IMG/VR virus record: IMGVR_UViG_3300037502_003770
Span: 248,001 to 312,000 of that record
Strand: one strand, 5' to 3'
Length of the DNA stretch: 64,000 nt
Both the position numbers and the translations under genes were made by a program. Of the stretch, positions 1-9,439 are shown one piece after another (position 1 is the stretch's first letter; every line of letters starts with the position of its first letter). A model generated the notes under the pieces. That model searched no databases and was not told where the DNA came from. It saw nothing but the letters and a program-made list of their open reading frames with translations.

Positions 1-1290
1 AATGATTTTTTTAATAAGAAAAGAAATCTTACTTTAGATTATAAAATATATGGTACATTAAATAATTCAGAAAATTTTCTTTATAATAAAAAAATTAACC
101 CTTCTAGTATAAGTGATTTCTTAAAAGATACTGATTTTTTTTATGATGAAGATAATTTAGAAAATTCAAATTATGATATTTATAATCAATTTAATTATTA
201 TATCGTATATCCAAGTAATTATAAATTGGTAGATTCAGATAATAATTATTTTCAAGTGCAATATAAAAAATTATCAGTTAATAATGATTTTAAAATACTA
301 GATTGTTCATATTCTAATGATATTTACAATGGTAAAATATATAATTATATTATAAATAATGATATTAATATAAAAGATAAATATACTTATTTAGAAAAAT
401 ATGAAAAAGAAATACCATTAACTGATTTATATTTATATATCGAACCAAAAAATTATACTTCTTTTAATGAAAGAGTTTTTAAAAATTATAATACTTATAA
501 TAAAAGTTTTTCAGCTTTAACAACAGGATTTAATAATGTTACATCTATTACAACTACATTACTTAATATAATTAAACCATCAAATTTTAGTATATCAGAA
601 TTTAAAACATTTTATGAGAAAAAATTATTAACATTTTTTAACTTATTTAATTTAGAATTAAATGATATTAATTTTCAAATATTAAAAGAGTTTTTAATAA
701 ATTATATAGATACATCTGATAATAGATTTTTTGATAAGTCATTATTTTATAAAGAAAATGACGTTTTAAATGGAGAAGTTTATTTTTTTAATGAAGATGA
801 TTATAGTTTTTCATTAGTTCAAGAACAATATTATTCAATAAAAAATAAAATACAAGATGATTTAATTAATGAAAATAAATATACAGCTTACACTTATAAT
901 ATAGTAAATAATAAAGTAGAAACTGAATTTGAATTTAAATATAAACCATTTTATCCAATAAATATTAGGAAGTTTTCAAATTATCTTGAAACAATTTATA
1001 TATCAGGAATTAATAATACAATTATACCTGATTATAGTATTAAAAATGAAACATATTATCTATGGAGAGATTTATTGGATATTGGTTTTATTGAACAAGA
1101 TGAAAATGATACTAACGGTGTAGATTACCCTTTTATAAATCAAAAACATTATTTATATAATAATATAAATATACAAGTACTACCTGATTTGTCAGATAGA
1201 AATACAATAATTTTATTTAAAGATTTACTTAGTAATAAAACTATTACAAAAGAAATTAATGAACTTAACATAGGTAATTTTATATGTTAA
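1..1290 (+). CDS. Putative virion structural protein, 5'-truncated by the window edge
   Basis: Frame 1 is open from base 1 into the 226..1290 ORF, so the TTG start at 226 is probably internal. Asn/Tyr-rich, with a C-terminal YLWRDLLDIGF..GVDYPF block, inside a structural-gene run. Confidence 0.55.
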   Translation, partial: NDFFNKKRNLTLDYKIYGTLNNSENFLYNKKINPSSISDFLKDTDFFYDEDNLENSNYDIYNQFNYYIVYPSNYKLVDSDNNYFQVQYKKLSVNNDFKILDCSYSNDIYNGKIYNYIINNDINIKDKYTYLEKYEKEIPLTDLYLYIEPKNYTSFNERVFKNYNTYNKSFSALTTGFNNVTSITTTLLNIIKPSNFSISEFKTFYEKKLLTFFNLFNLELNDINFQILKEFLINYIDTSDNRFFDKSLFYKENDVLNGEVYFFNEDDYSFSLVQEQYYSIKNKIQDDLINENKYTAYTYNIVNNKVETEFEFKYKPFYPINIRKFSNYLETIYISGINNTIIPDYSIKNETYYLWRDLLDIGFIEQDENDTNGVDYPFINQKHYLYNNINIQVLPDLSDRNTIILFKDLLSNKTITKEINELNIGNFIC

Positions 1291-2075
1291 AATTAAAAGA
1301 TAAAAATAAAGTAATTAACTTTACATTAACTAAAAAAAATGAAAAAGTATCTTCTAAAGAAGATTATAATTCTTATATAAATAAAGTTTCAGAAGAAAAT
1401 ATTATATTTCCAAAAGATGAAGAAATTACATTATTTTATCCTGAAGATAATTTTAATATTATACCATTTTATAAAACAAACAATAGTGATTTTTTATCAT
1501 TTAATACATACACTTCAATATTATATAATGAAAATGAATTAAAATATATTAATGATAATTTAAAGACTTCATATTATATTTTTTCAATATATGATAATTA
1601 TGATAGTAATAACCAAAAATTATTAAATCAATTTAAAATTAATGCTGGTGAGAAAGGTACGTATAATATTGTTAATCAACTTATAACTCCTAGATTAAAA
1701 TATTTTAATAATCAAGGTTTAACTAAATCTTTTAATGTTTTACCTATACCAATAGATAAACTGAAAAATAACACTATTTATTTAAAAATAGTGTTTTTTA
1801 ATTCAAAAAATGGTTTGTTTACTTATTTCAATAATAGTAGTCAAATTTTAACAACTGAGGAAAAAAATTATATAACAACAATAATTAATCCTATAAATAA
1901 AACCTATACTTTTAATAGTAACACTATTGAAATTACCCAATCTTCTATTAAAGATAGTTTTATTTATGAAAATAATAAATTAAATACCAATAAGAATACT
2001 TTATCACCATTAAATGATTCTAATGATGATATTTCTTTTGGTATAGATAATATTTTAAAAAAATTCAAAATATGA
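1284..2075 (+). CDS. Hypothetical, probable virion protein
   Basis: 263-aa ORF overlapping the upstream stop; context only. Confidence 0.5.
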   Translation: MLKLKDKNKVINFTLTKKNEKVSSKEDYNSYINKVSEENIIFPKDEEITLFYPEDNFNIIPFYKTNNSDFLSFNTYTSILYNENELKYINDNLKTSYYIFSIYDNYDSNNQKLLNQFKINAGEKGTYNIVNQLITPRLKYFNNQGLTKSFNVLPIPIDKLKNNTIYLKIVFFNSKNGLFTYFNNSSQILTTEEKNYITTIINPINKTYTFNSNTIEITQSSIKDSFIYENNKLNTNKNTLSPLNDSNDDISFGIDNILKKFKI

Positions 2076-2248
2076 TAGAAGCATTAAGTCTATTTTTTTT
2101 ATTTATGTCCATTGTTAAAGTTATAGGGACATTATACTATATAGTTTACTCATTTATAAAGAAAGAACCTATATTCTTTGAAAAAGAAGAAGAAAGGTTA
2201 ATGAACTGGTTTAGTTTTGCTTATATTCTAACATATATATTTTTTTAA
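2072..2248 (+). CDS. Small membrane protein (58 aa, two hydrophobic segments), absent from the ORF track
   Basis: The ATG overlaps the upstream TGA (ATGA). Translates MIEALSLFFLFMSIVKVIGTLYYIVYSFIKKEPIFFEKEEERLMNWFSFAYILTYIFF and fills the gap exactly. Confidence 0.65.
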   Translation: MIEALSLFFLFMSIVKVIGTLYYIVYSFIKKEPIFFEKEEERLMNWFSFAYILTYIFF

Positions 2249-2251
2249 TGT

Positions 2252-2740
2252 ATGGATATAGTAATTATTTTAGAATATCTTGTTTATTATGAATCTAGGT
2301 CTGGGATAAAACAAATGCAAATAAATTTTCGTTTATTTAATAAATATCTCTATGATTATAGATATAATCTTTTAATGATGGATTTTATTAAGGTATATTA
2401 TTCTTGTAATATAAATGAATGGTTTAGAAAGATTATATCTAGTGATGATGAATATTATCTTTTATTAAAAGATATATTAGAAAAAAATATAGAAGTATTT
2501 AATTATTTACCTTATATTACAATATTTAATAACGATAAATTAATATGTAAACTTTTTAAATATAATACAAACCCTTTCAAAGATTTAAAAAAACGTTATA
2601 TAGAACATTTTATAAATAAAAATTCATATTCAAAATTACAATTTTTAAGAAATAAAGAAAGAATTATAAAAATATATAATGAAGGCGATAAATCTATTAA
2701 AGATTATCTACCTGAAAATTTTAAATATATTTTAGATTAA
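2252..2740 (+). CDS. Hypothetical protein; N-terminus loosely resembles the array motif
   Basis: 162 aa, begins MDIVIILEYLVYYE. Confidence 0.55.
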   Translation: MDIVIILEYLVYYESRSGIKQMQINFRLFNKYLYDYRYNLLMMDFIKVYYSCNINEWFRKIISSDDEYYLLLKDILEKNIEVFNYLPYITIFNNDKLICKLFKYNTNPFKDLKKRYIEHFINKNSYSKLQFLRNKERIIKIYNEGDKSIKDYLPENFKYILD

Positions 2741-2742
2741 AA

Positions 2743-2751
2743 ACTATTTAT
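2743..2751 (+). promoter_or_regulatory. Putative late-promoter motif ACTATTTAT
   Basis: About 20 nt upstream of the neck gene. The same motif recurs upstream of about 12 other starts. Confidence 0.6.
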
Positions 2752-2770
2752 ATTTATAAGTTAAATATAA

Positions 2771-3889
2771 ATGGAAATCTTAGATAGGGAAAAATTATTT
2801 AGACAAATTAGAGTTGAATGTATAGCTACGGCTAGACCAGCAGTTAATAAAGATTTAACAGACGATGTTATATTAACTCAAATTGAAATAGCTATGGAAG
2901 ATTACATGGCTTATATACAAAACTGGTTAACATTACAACAATGGTCTTCTTTGTCTAATTTAGATATATCGCAAGCTGACTTAGTTAATGCTTTTACAAC
3001 TAAAACATTAGATTTTGAAAAAGAATTCGCAGCAGCTTTTGGAAAACAAACTGGTATAGGTGTTATAGGTGATTGGGAATTAAAAAAGGATTTTGTAACA
3101 ATATCCGCAAATACTCAAAGTTATTTAATACCAGCTAATAGAGAAATAAATCAAGTTTTATGGGAAACACCGCCACAATTGGCAGGAAATATTATAGACC
3201 CATTTACACCTAATTCTTGGGCAGCAGCCCCTTATGGTTGGAATGTTGGGGGTGTACCAGCATCAGCTTTATTACCTGCATTTTCTTTAATGCTTACTTC
3301 GCAAGATAGGATGCAAAAGAAAAAACTTTTACAAAGTGAATTAACTTATAAAATAAGTCCTGGACCTAACGGTACGAAAAGATTATTTTTATATCCGATG
3401 CCTGGCGGTAGAGATGAAATGACTGGACCTGGTTTTGCATCTTTGAAAAGATTTGAAGGTTCTCAAGTATGGTATTGGTATTATGATACTAATACTTTGG
3501 GTAGAGATAAATGTTTAGAAGAAAATAATGATATTATAATATTACCAACAGATGTACCTTTTAGAATTTTAAAATGGGAAAGATTAAATTCACCTACACA
3601 AAATAAAGTTAGAAGATTAGCTGTATCTTATTGTAAAAAATATGTTGGTATGGTTATGGGTTTATATTCAGGTAAAATATCAGCACCTAATAACGATGAT
3701 TTACAATTAGATTATAATATGTTTATTGAACAATCAGAAAAAGAAAAGGAAAAAATATTTGAAGAACTTAAAGAAGAACTTAAAGAATTAGATTATACTA
3801 ATATAATAAAAAAGAAAGCTGAAATGGCTGACAGTTTAAATACTGTATTAAAATATTCACCACCTCAACAACCATTCTATTTCTTTTAA
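2771..3889 (+). CDS. Neck/head-completion protein, T4 gp13-like
   Basis: N-terminal PAVNKDLTDDVILTQIEIAMEDY and C-terminal KKYVGMVMGLYSG..LQLDY..EKEKIFEEL resemble gp13-type adaptors; preceded by the late motif. Confidence 0.65.
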   Translation: MEILDREKLFRQIRVECIATARPAVNKDLTDDVILTQIEIAMEDYMAYIQNWLTLQQWSSLSNLDISQADLVNAFTTKTLDFEKEFAAAFGKQTGIGVIGDWELKKDFVTISANTQSYLIPANREINQVLWETPPQLAGNIIDPFTPNSWAAAPYGWNVGGVPASALLPAFSLMLTSQDRMQKKKLLQSELTYKISPGPNGTKRLFLYPMPGGRDEMTGPGFASLKRFEGSQVWYWYYDTNTLGRDKCLEENNDIIILPTDVPFRILKWERLNSPTQNKVRRLAVSYCKKYVGMVMGLYSGKISAPNNDDLQLDYNMFIEQSEKEKEKIFEELKEELKELDYTNIIKKKAEMADSLNTVLKYSPPQQPFYFF

Positions 3890-3927
3890 AATAAAAAATC
3901 TACTTTTATTAAGTAGATTTTTTATTT
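3889..3927. terminator. Bidirectional intrinsic terminator between convergent genes
   Basis: Perfect 17-bp inverted repeat AAATAAAAAATCTACTT-ttatt-AAGTAGATTTTTTATTT, with A/T tracts in both arms. Confidence 0.75.
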
Positions 3928-4292
3928 GGTTGCATTTGTTTAATACTTTCTTGAATTTTCTTTCTTAATTCATCATCTAAAACTTCTAATTTCTTATTAT
4001 CCTCATCTATTTCTTTAGAACTTAATTTACCATTGTTAATAGCTGTTACATATTGAATATGTAGTTTCATTAAATCCATCTGAAATTTAAAAAATTGTTC
4101 TAAACTCTTTTGAGCATTGTTTCTAACGGTTTCAAATTGTATAATATCCGAATCATCCACCATCTTATCAATAGCTCTCCTGTAGTCTCTCTGTGCGTTA
4201 TCAATCAACATATCAAGATGTCTATTGATTTCATTAAACCTCTTTTTTAAAGATTCGTCATTAAATTCAATTTCACTCTTTCTTCTTTGCAT
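3909..4292 (-). CDS. Hypothetical helical/coiled-coil protein
   Basis: 127-aa ORF in a tightly packed minus-strand operon. Confidence 0.6.
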   Translation of the reverse strand: MQRRKSEIEFNDESLKKRFNEINRHLDMLIDNAQRDYRRAIDKMVDDSDIIQFETVRNNAQKSLEQFFKFQMDLMKLHIQYVTAINNGKLSSKEIDEDNKKLEVLDDELRKKIQESIKQMQPNKKST

Positions 4293-4297
4293 TTTAT

Positions 4298-4828
4298 TTA
4301 AAATATTATTAAACCTAATAATAATAAAGTTAAAACATTAGTTGTACCTAATATTATTATTCTATTATTTCTAGTTTTTATTTTTTTATCTTTATCTTCT
4401 ATAAGTAGTAATTTTTCATTAATAATTTTATCTTTATTTTGTAAAGATTTATTCATATTAGATATTTCACTATTTTGAACAGTAATTATTTCATGATAGT
4501 TTTCAATTATATCATCTTTTTCTTTTATAACCTCTTTATATTTAGCAATAATTTCCTTATTAACTTTAATAGATTCTTTAAGTTTACTAATTATACTATC
4601 TTTTTTTTCTAACCTTAATAATAAATATTCAGCATTTTTCTTATTAAATAAATTCTCATTTTTTAAAACAGCTAAATCTCTTATTTGTTTAGTATTAAAC
4701 AAAAATATAGTGTCCTTTAAAATAAAAGGTACTTTGCTTTCATATCTAATTTCAGGTTTAATGCTTTGAGATAAACATATAAATGGAATCAATAGAAGCG
4801 TTATTAAGATAATATATATTTTTTTCAT
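4298..4828 (-). CDS. Exported coiled-coil protein with C-terminal TM (spanin-like candidate)
   Basis: Signal peptide MKKIYIILITLLLIPFICLS|Q, long heptad coiled coil, C-terminal hydrophobic anchor. Confidence 0.5.
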   Translation of the reverse strand: MKKIYIILITLLLIPFICLSQSIKPEIRYESKVPFILKDTIFLFNTKQIRDLAVLKNENLFNKKNAEYLLLRLEKKDSIISKLKESIKVNKEIIAKYKEVIKEKDDIIENYHEIITVQNSEISNMNKSLQNKDKIINEKLLLIEDKDKKIKTRNNRIIILGTTNVLTLLLLGLIIF

Positions 4829-5171
4829 TTTTTTCTTTTATATTATTATTGATTTTATTTTCTAATATTTTATCATTATAATTTAAAGTATCAATATCTT
4901 TATTTATTAAAGAATCTTTATATTCTAAAAGAGATATTTTATTATTTAAATAAATAATGTTTTTATCTAAAGAATCTATTACGTTATTTAATGAATCTAT
5001 TTTATAAATATTTTTATCCGTAAAATTATCTTCTACAAATTGTTTATTATTACTAATAATAAAATATAAAACAAAGTATGATAAAACAACTAATGAAATA
5101 TATATTACATTTTTAGGTATTTTATTATATTTGTCCGATAGGGTTTGCATTATTTTCTTCATTCTCTTCAC
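4758..5171 (-). CDS. N-terminal TM plus coiled-coil protein (i-spanin-like candidate)
   Basis: TM VIYISLVVLSYFVLYFII followed by a coiled coil; overlaps the downstream gene by 71 nt. Confidence 0.5.
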   Translation of the reverse strand: MKRMKKIMQTLSDKYNKIPKNVIYISLVVLSYFVLYFIISNNKQFVEDNFTDKNIYKIDSLNNVIDSLDKNIIYLNNKISLLEYKDSLINKDIDTLNYNDKILENKINNNIKEKNEKNIYYLNNASIDSIYMFISKH

Positions 5172-5523
5172 CGTTTAACCATAAATCATAATAAGTATAT
5201 ATTTTTTCTATAACTTCTAATGATTCGTCTGTTAATTTTAAATTATCAGTTGTTAAAGTACAACCATCCATAAAATTATACTTGAATAAAATTTTATTAT
5301 TTGAATCAACTGGAACATAAGCTTCTATAAATTTATTATCTTCCGTTTCTTCATACTTTATAAATTTAATTCTAGTTGAAATAGCTTTTTTAAATTTATC
5401 TTGTATATCTTGTTGTATATCTAAATCAGCAGAGCTAACTTCTTCTTTAAGAAGATTAGTCTTACTTTTAAAATTTCTCATCTTGCTAACTAAATCTTTA
5501 GTTGATAAGTTTCTATCTTTCAT
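5125..5523 (-). CDS. Hypothetical late protein
   Basis: Preceded on the minus strand by the ACTATTTAT motif (5539-5547). Confidence 0.55.
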   Translation of the reverse strand: MKDRNLSTKDLVSKMRNFKSKTNLLKEEVSSADLDIQQDIQDKFKKAISTRIKFIKYEETEDNKFIEAYVPVDSNNKILFKYNFMDGCTLTTDNLKLTDESLEVIEKIYTYYDLWLNGEENEENNANPIGQI

Positions 5524-5538
5524 AATAAAATGTTTTAT

Positions 5539-5564
5539 ATAAATAGTAATTGTGAACTATTTAA
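5539..5564. promoter_or_regulatory. Back-to-back pair of late-promoter motifs
   Basis: ATAAATAGT (minus-strand ACTATTTAT) at 5539-5547 and ACTATTTAA at 5556-5564, between divergent genes. Confidence 0.6.
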
Positions 5565-5583
5565 TAATATATTACATAATATT

Positions 5584-6114
5584 ATGAATAATAAACAGAA
5601 AAAAATAATATCAACACCTACAGACCCATATAGATATTATGGAAATGAAGATTTTGAACATGATTTAGGTTATATTCAAGAATATTATAGTAGAGATGTT
5701 AGTACAAAAATAATACTTTACCAAATAGATACTGTTAAAACAAAAGTTAATCAACTTTATGGTGAAGCTAAAGCATACGATAAAAAAATATTACCACCAA
5801 TAGAATTAACAGCTATGATTGAAATTGGTGATATAAATTCAAAAAATTTAACAAGTACTGGTATTGTAGATGAAACTTATGATAGTTTTAAATTCTCTGT
5901 GTTTATAAATGAACTTAATGAAAAAAATGTTTCTATAAAAAGAGGTGATTTTATATTATATAACGATGGTACAGTATCTAATTTCTTTGAAATAAATAAA
6001 GTATCAAATATATTATCAAAGAACACAATAGGAGGTTTAAAACCATATTTCTTCTCTTGTGAAGCTATACTTCAAACAAATAACGTATTACCTAAAGAAT
6101 TAAAGATTGTTTAA
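5584..6114 (+). CDS. Neck/head-closure protein, T4 gp14-like
   Basis: IILYQID..KTKVNQLYGEA..KRGDFILY pattern. The start is probably Met19 of the called ORF (5584), because the late motif lies within the 5530-5583 extension. Confidence 0.6.
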   Translation: MNNKQKKIISTPTDPYRYYGNEDFEHDLGYIQEYYSRDVSTKIILYQIDTVKTKVNQLYGEAKAYDKKILPPIELTAMIEIGDINSKNLTSTGIVDETYDSFKFSVFINELNEKNVSIKRGDFILYNDGTVSNFFEINKVSNILSKNTIGGLKPYFFSCEAILQTNNVLPKELKIV

Positions 6115-6117
6115 TAA

Positions 6118-6360
6118 TTATAATAATCGATAATAAATAATTTTATAATTATTATTAGTATGTATTTTATTCTTACTATATAGAGTAACCCATTCATAAT
6201 ATATATCTTTTTTACTTCTATTTAAATCAGACTTTAAACAAAGACAAAAATCTACATGATTAAATATATTAGCAGGGTTGTCAGTACCATCCATATTATT
6301 ATCAATAATATATAAACTTTCTCTATAATAAGTTGTATTTATTTGTATTTCTATTTTCAT
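6118..6360 (-). CDS. Small array-family protein
   Basis: MKIEIQINTTYYRE...KIIYYRLL. Confidence 0.7.
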   Translation of the reverse strand: MKIEIQINTTYYRESLYIIDNNMDGTDNPANIFNHVDFCLCLKSDLNRSKKDIYYEWVTLYSKNKIHTNNNYKIIYYRLL

Positions 6361-6365
6361 ATTTT

Positions 6366-6551
6366 TTAGTAATAAGGTTTGTTTAATACATCTTCAAAAC
6401 ATACATGAGCTTCATTAATAAATGGAATGAAAATAGTAAATTGATAGTTTACAACATGTATACTTTTAATAATAACTAATGATTCGATACAACCATTTAA
6501 AAATAAATATTCATAATAAAAATTATTATTAATTCTAATTAATATTTTCAT
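6366..6551 (-). CDS. Small array-family protein
   Basis: MKILIRINNNFYYE...KPYY. Confidence 0.7.
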   Translation of the reverse strand: MKILIRINNNFYYEYLFLNGCIESLVIIKSIHVVNYQFTIFIPFINEAHVCFEDVLNKPYY

Positions 6552-6557
6552 AATTTT

Positions 6558-6758
6558 TTATTTACCATAATCACGATAGTATTTTACTATATTATATTTA
6601 CCAGGAAAAAAACAAAATTTATTTTCAAAATACTGATAAAATAACCAATCAATAAATTTAAGAAACCTACAATTATATCTTATATCAAAAGAAAATTCTA
6701 AAACAGAATAAAGAAATTCACGATATATAATATGTGTTAAAGTAATATTTATATTCAT
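6558..6758 (-). CDS. Small array-family protein
   Basis: MNINITLTHIIYRE...VKYYRDYGK. Confidence 0.7.
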   Translation of the reverse strand: MNINITLTHIIYREFLYSVLEFSFDIRYNCRFLKFIDWLFYQYFENKFCFFPGKYNIVKYYRDYGK

Positions 6759-6764
6759 AATTTT

Positions 6765-6968
6765 TTATTCGTGATAAGAATAATAAGTATTAACAACTAT
6801 TCTATCTTTTAAGGTAGAATTTTTAAATAATAAAATACTATGATATTTGTTTGTTTTGTTATAAAAATGAATTTTTATATATGAACCAATAAATGAATTT
6901 ATAATATCGTTGTCAATATATATTTCTTTATATTCAAGAAAATAATCAATGTAAATAAATATTTCCAT
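6765..6968 (-). CDS. Small array-family protein
   Basis: MEIFIYIDYFLEYKE...NTYYSYHE. Confidence 0.7.
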   Translation of the reverse strand: MEIFIYIDYFLEYKEIYIDNDIINSFIGSYIKIHFYNKTNKYHSILLFKNSTLKDRIVVNTYYSYHE

Positions 6969-6970
6969 AA

Positions 6971-7156
6971 TTAGAAACTATAATATTTATTACGATTTTT
7001 ACTAGGATATTTAATCATATAAGAATAAATTAAAGAAAATTCATTTAAAATTTTATTATCACTTTTTATTTCACATATAATATATGATATATTAGTATAA
7101 TAATAACATTCAAAATATTTTACATGTATATTATATAAATCAATTAATATTCGCAT
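6971..7156 (-). CDS. Small array-family protein
   Basis: MRILIDLYNIHVKYFE...KYYSF. Confidence 0.7.
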   Translation of the reverse strand: MRILIDLYNIHVKYFECYYYTNISYIICEIKSDNKILNEFSLIYSYMIKYPSKNRNKYYSF

Positions 7157-7379
7157 AAATATTATAATATTTACTGTGGTAACGTAAAAATATAAAATAA
7201 CTAAAATAATAGTTATCTGATAGTAAATCAGGGAATTCTAATTCATCTTTAATAAGAAAGAAATCATCTATAGTATTTATTTTTAATAAATTGATAATTA
7301 CTATAATTTGATTATCATTTCCATTAAATAAATTTTCAAAATAAGTTATAATATTTTCTATTTTAATTAATATTTCCAT
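7140..7379 (-). CDS. Small array-family protein
   Basis: MEILIKIENIITYFE...KYYNIYANIN. Confidence 0.7.
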   Translation of the reverse strand: MEILIKIENIITYFENLFNGNDNQIIVIINLLKINTIDDFFLIKDELEFPDLLSDNYYFSYFIFLRYHSKYYNIYANIN

Positions 7380-7382
7380 AGT

Positions 7383-7580
7383 TTAATAAAATTTATACTG
7401 TTCATCATGTAAACTAAAATATATTTTATTATCGTTTTCCCAATTATATATTATATAGTTAATATAATATTCTTTTCTTAGACGAGTTAAAGGATATAAT
7501 ATTAAATTAGAATTAAATAGAAATCCTGTATCAGAGTTCTCCCTATAATAAGAATTATACGTTTCTATTTCTATTTCCAT
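7383..7580 (-). CDS. Small array-family protein (recent duplicate of the next gene)
   Basis: MEIEIETYNSYYRE...IIYNWENDNKIYFSLHDEQYKFY. Confidence 0.75.
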   Translation of the reverse strand: MEIEIETYNSYYRENSDTGFLFNSNLILYPLTRLRKEYYINYIIYNWENDNKIYFSLHDEQYKFY

Positions 7581-7767
7581 AGTTTAATAGTATTTATATT
7601 CTTTATTATGAGTCGAAAAATATATCTTACCATCATTTCTCCAATTATTATATATGATATATTTCTTTAATATTAAAGATAATTTTAAAATAGATTTAAA
7701 TTTATATTCTTTGTCAGAGCTATATTCCTTATAATAAGAATTATACGTTTCTATTTCTATTTCCATA
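7544..7767. repeat. 38-bp perfect direct repeat covering two array gene starts
   Basis: TATAATAAGAATTATACGTTTCTATTTCTATTTCCATA at 7544-7581 and 7730-7767. Confidence 0.9.
7584..7766 (-). CDS. Small array-family protein (recent duplicate of the previous gene)
   Basis: MEIEIETYNSYYKE...IYNNWRNDGKIYFSTHNKEYKYY. Confidence 0.75.
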   Translation of the reverse strand: MEIEIETYNSYYKEYSSDKEYKFKSILKLSLILKKYIIYNNWRNDGKIYFSTHNKEYKYY

Positions 7768-8541
7768 ATTACTAAAATACTGATATATTTCCACTTTTGT
7801 TAAATAAGGACTTGTAATAAATGATTTTCCTTTAGTAAGGTCTTCATTTTCAAATACATCTTTTATATAAGAAAGATTATTTTTATCAAAAACTAAGACT
7901 TTATAAATCATATTATGTTTATCAGGTGTAGTTATTTTACCAACATTGCTTCCACGTCTAATAATAGAAAAATCGTATTCTAAAGAATCATAATTTTTAT
8001 CACGTTTATCAAATAATTTAAATAAATCACTTTTATTAGAAGTATTGCTTTTGTTTAATAAACCGTTCTTTGGTCTAATATAAATATTAAAACAACAATG
8101 AAGTTTTCTACTATCAGAAAAATTTACTATTCCTAAATCAATACTTTCAACTAAATCAAAATCAAATAAAGTATTTGTATTATTTAATTGAGTGATTGGT
8201 AAAATAAAACCTACTACATCAGATATTTTAACTGATTTTTTAAAAAAACTTCTAGCTAAATTATTTCTTTCACCAAAAGGAGGGTTTCCTATAATTAATC
8301 TACCTTTTTGATAATCAATACCTAATTTAAGAAAATCAGCTTTTATAATAGAATCATCTTCAGGTTCAATATCGTAACCAATACAATCAGGTATTAATTT
8401 TAGAAAAGAACCATTTCCAGCAGAAGGTTCTATTACTTGAGAAATTTCAATATTATGTAAATTACATATTTCATATATTTTATTTATACAAAATTGAGCT
8501 GTTTCTTGAGGAGTATAGTACTTGTCGTTTTCTATTTTCAT
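7741..8541 (-). CDS. DNA adenine methyltransferase (gamma-class motif order)
   Basis: YYTP, SAM motif VIEPSAGNGSF, catalytic IIGNPPFG. Confidence 0.85.
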   Translation of the reverse strand: MKIENDKYYTPQETAQFCINKIYEICNLHNIEISQVIEPSAGNGSFLKLIPDCIGYDIEPEDDSIIKADFLKLGIDYQKGRLIIGNPPFGERNNLARSFFKKSVKISDVVGFILPITQLNNTNTLFDFDLVESIDLGIVNFSDSRKLHCCFNIYIRPKNGLLNKSNTSNKSDLFKLFDKRDKNYDSLEYDFSIIRRGSNVGKITTPDKHNMIYKVLVFDKNNLSYIKDVFENEDLTKGKSFITSPYLTKVEIYQYFSNYGNRNRNV

Positions 8542-8747
8542 AATATTTGTGAATTAATGAATCTACTGTATTTTGCAATTTTGTTTATAATAAAATTAAT
8601 ATTTCTATAAAATTTAATATTTGTTTCACTATGATATAATCTATTATATTGAATAAGCATTGTAAATGAAAATCTATAATTTTTAAAGATACTTAAATTA
8701 TCTATTTCAAAATAAGTAAAGTTTTCAGTTTTAATACTTAAAATCAT
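8538..8747 (-). CDS. Small array-family protein
   Basis: MILSIKTENFTYFE. Confidence 0.7.
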   Translation of the reverse strand: MILSIKTENFTYFEIDNLSIFKNYRFSFTMLIQYNRLYHSETNIKFYRNINFIINKIAKYSRFINSQIL

Positions 8748-8998
8748 TTTATTTTATATGAACGAAGTGTTTTTAATATTTCATCATCTATTAATTTAGT
8801 AGTTTCATATGATATGAGTTTTGACATGAAAGTTTCTATATTATTAGTTTCATAATAAAAAGTTTTAGAATCAATATGATTTATACTATTTTCTTCAATA
8901 TAAACAGTATATTCTAAATCTAATTTTATTAAAGTAATACTAATTTCAAAAGAATTTTCTTTATAAGAAAAATTATTTGTTTTGATTAAAATTTTCAT
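8744..8998 (-). CDS. Small array-family protein
   Basis: MKILIKTNNFSYKEN; shares internal KTFYYE with KTTYYE of its neighbour. Confidence 0.7.
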   Translation of the reverse strand: MKILIKTNNFSYKENSFEISITLIKLDLEYTVYIEENSINHIDSKTFYYETNNIETFMSKLISYETTKLIDDEILKTLRSYKIK

Positions 8999-9263
8999 TT
9001 GTTAACATATTTAAATTAAAATTTAAAGGTACTTCACTAATAAATGAAGGTACTTTTATATTTATTGTACATAGGTGAAAATGGCTTTCATAATAAGTTG
9101 TTTTTTTAGAAAAACTAACAACATTATAGTAATAATTATTATCAAAATATAATCTTATTATTAAACTAGGTAAATGAATAAAAGCACCAATATCATAATT
9201 AGAATTTTCATAATCAAAATTTTCTATATAAGAAAAATTATTTATTTTAATTTGTAATTTCAT
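8973..9263 (-). CDS. Small array-family protein
   Basis: MKLQIKINNFSYIEN. Confidence 0.7.
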   Translation of the reverse strand: MKLQIKINNFSYIENFDYENSNYDIGAFIHLPSLIIRLYFDNNYYYNVVSFSKKTTYYESHFHLCTINIKVPSFISEVPLNFNLNMLTNENFNQNK

Positions 9264-9435
9264 GATTTAAATAATATTTATTTTTTCTATTATTATGTAA
9301 TAAAGTATCCTTTTCATAATATAATCTTATATAATCATATTCAGGTAAAAATATAATTCTACAATAAATGTAATAATATTTAAAATCATAATCTTCACTA
9401 TATTCAAAATTTTCTAAAGTAATTAAAATCAACAT
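9247..9435 (-). CDS. Small array-family protein
   Basis: MLILITLENFEYSE...KYYLNHEITN. Confidence 0.7.
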   Translation of the reverse strand: MLILITLENFEYSEDYDFKYYYIYCRIIFLPEYDYIRLYYEKDTLLHNNRKNKYYLNHEITN

Positions 9436-9439
9436 AATT

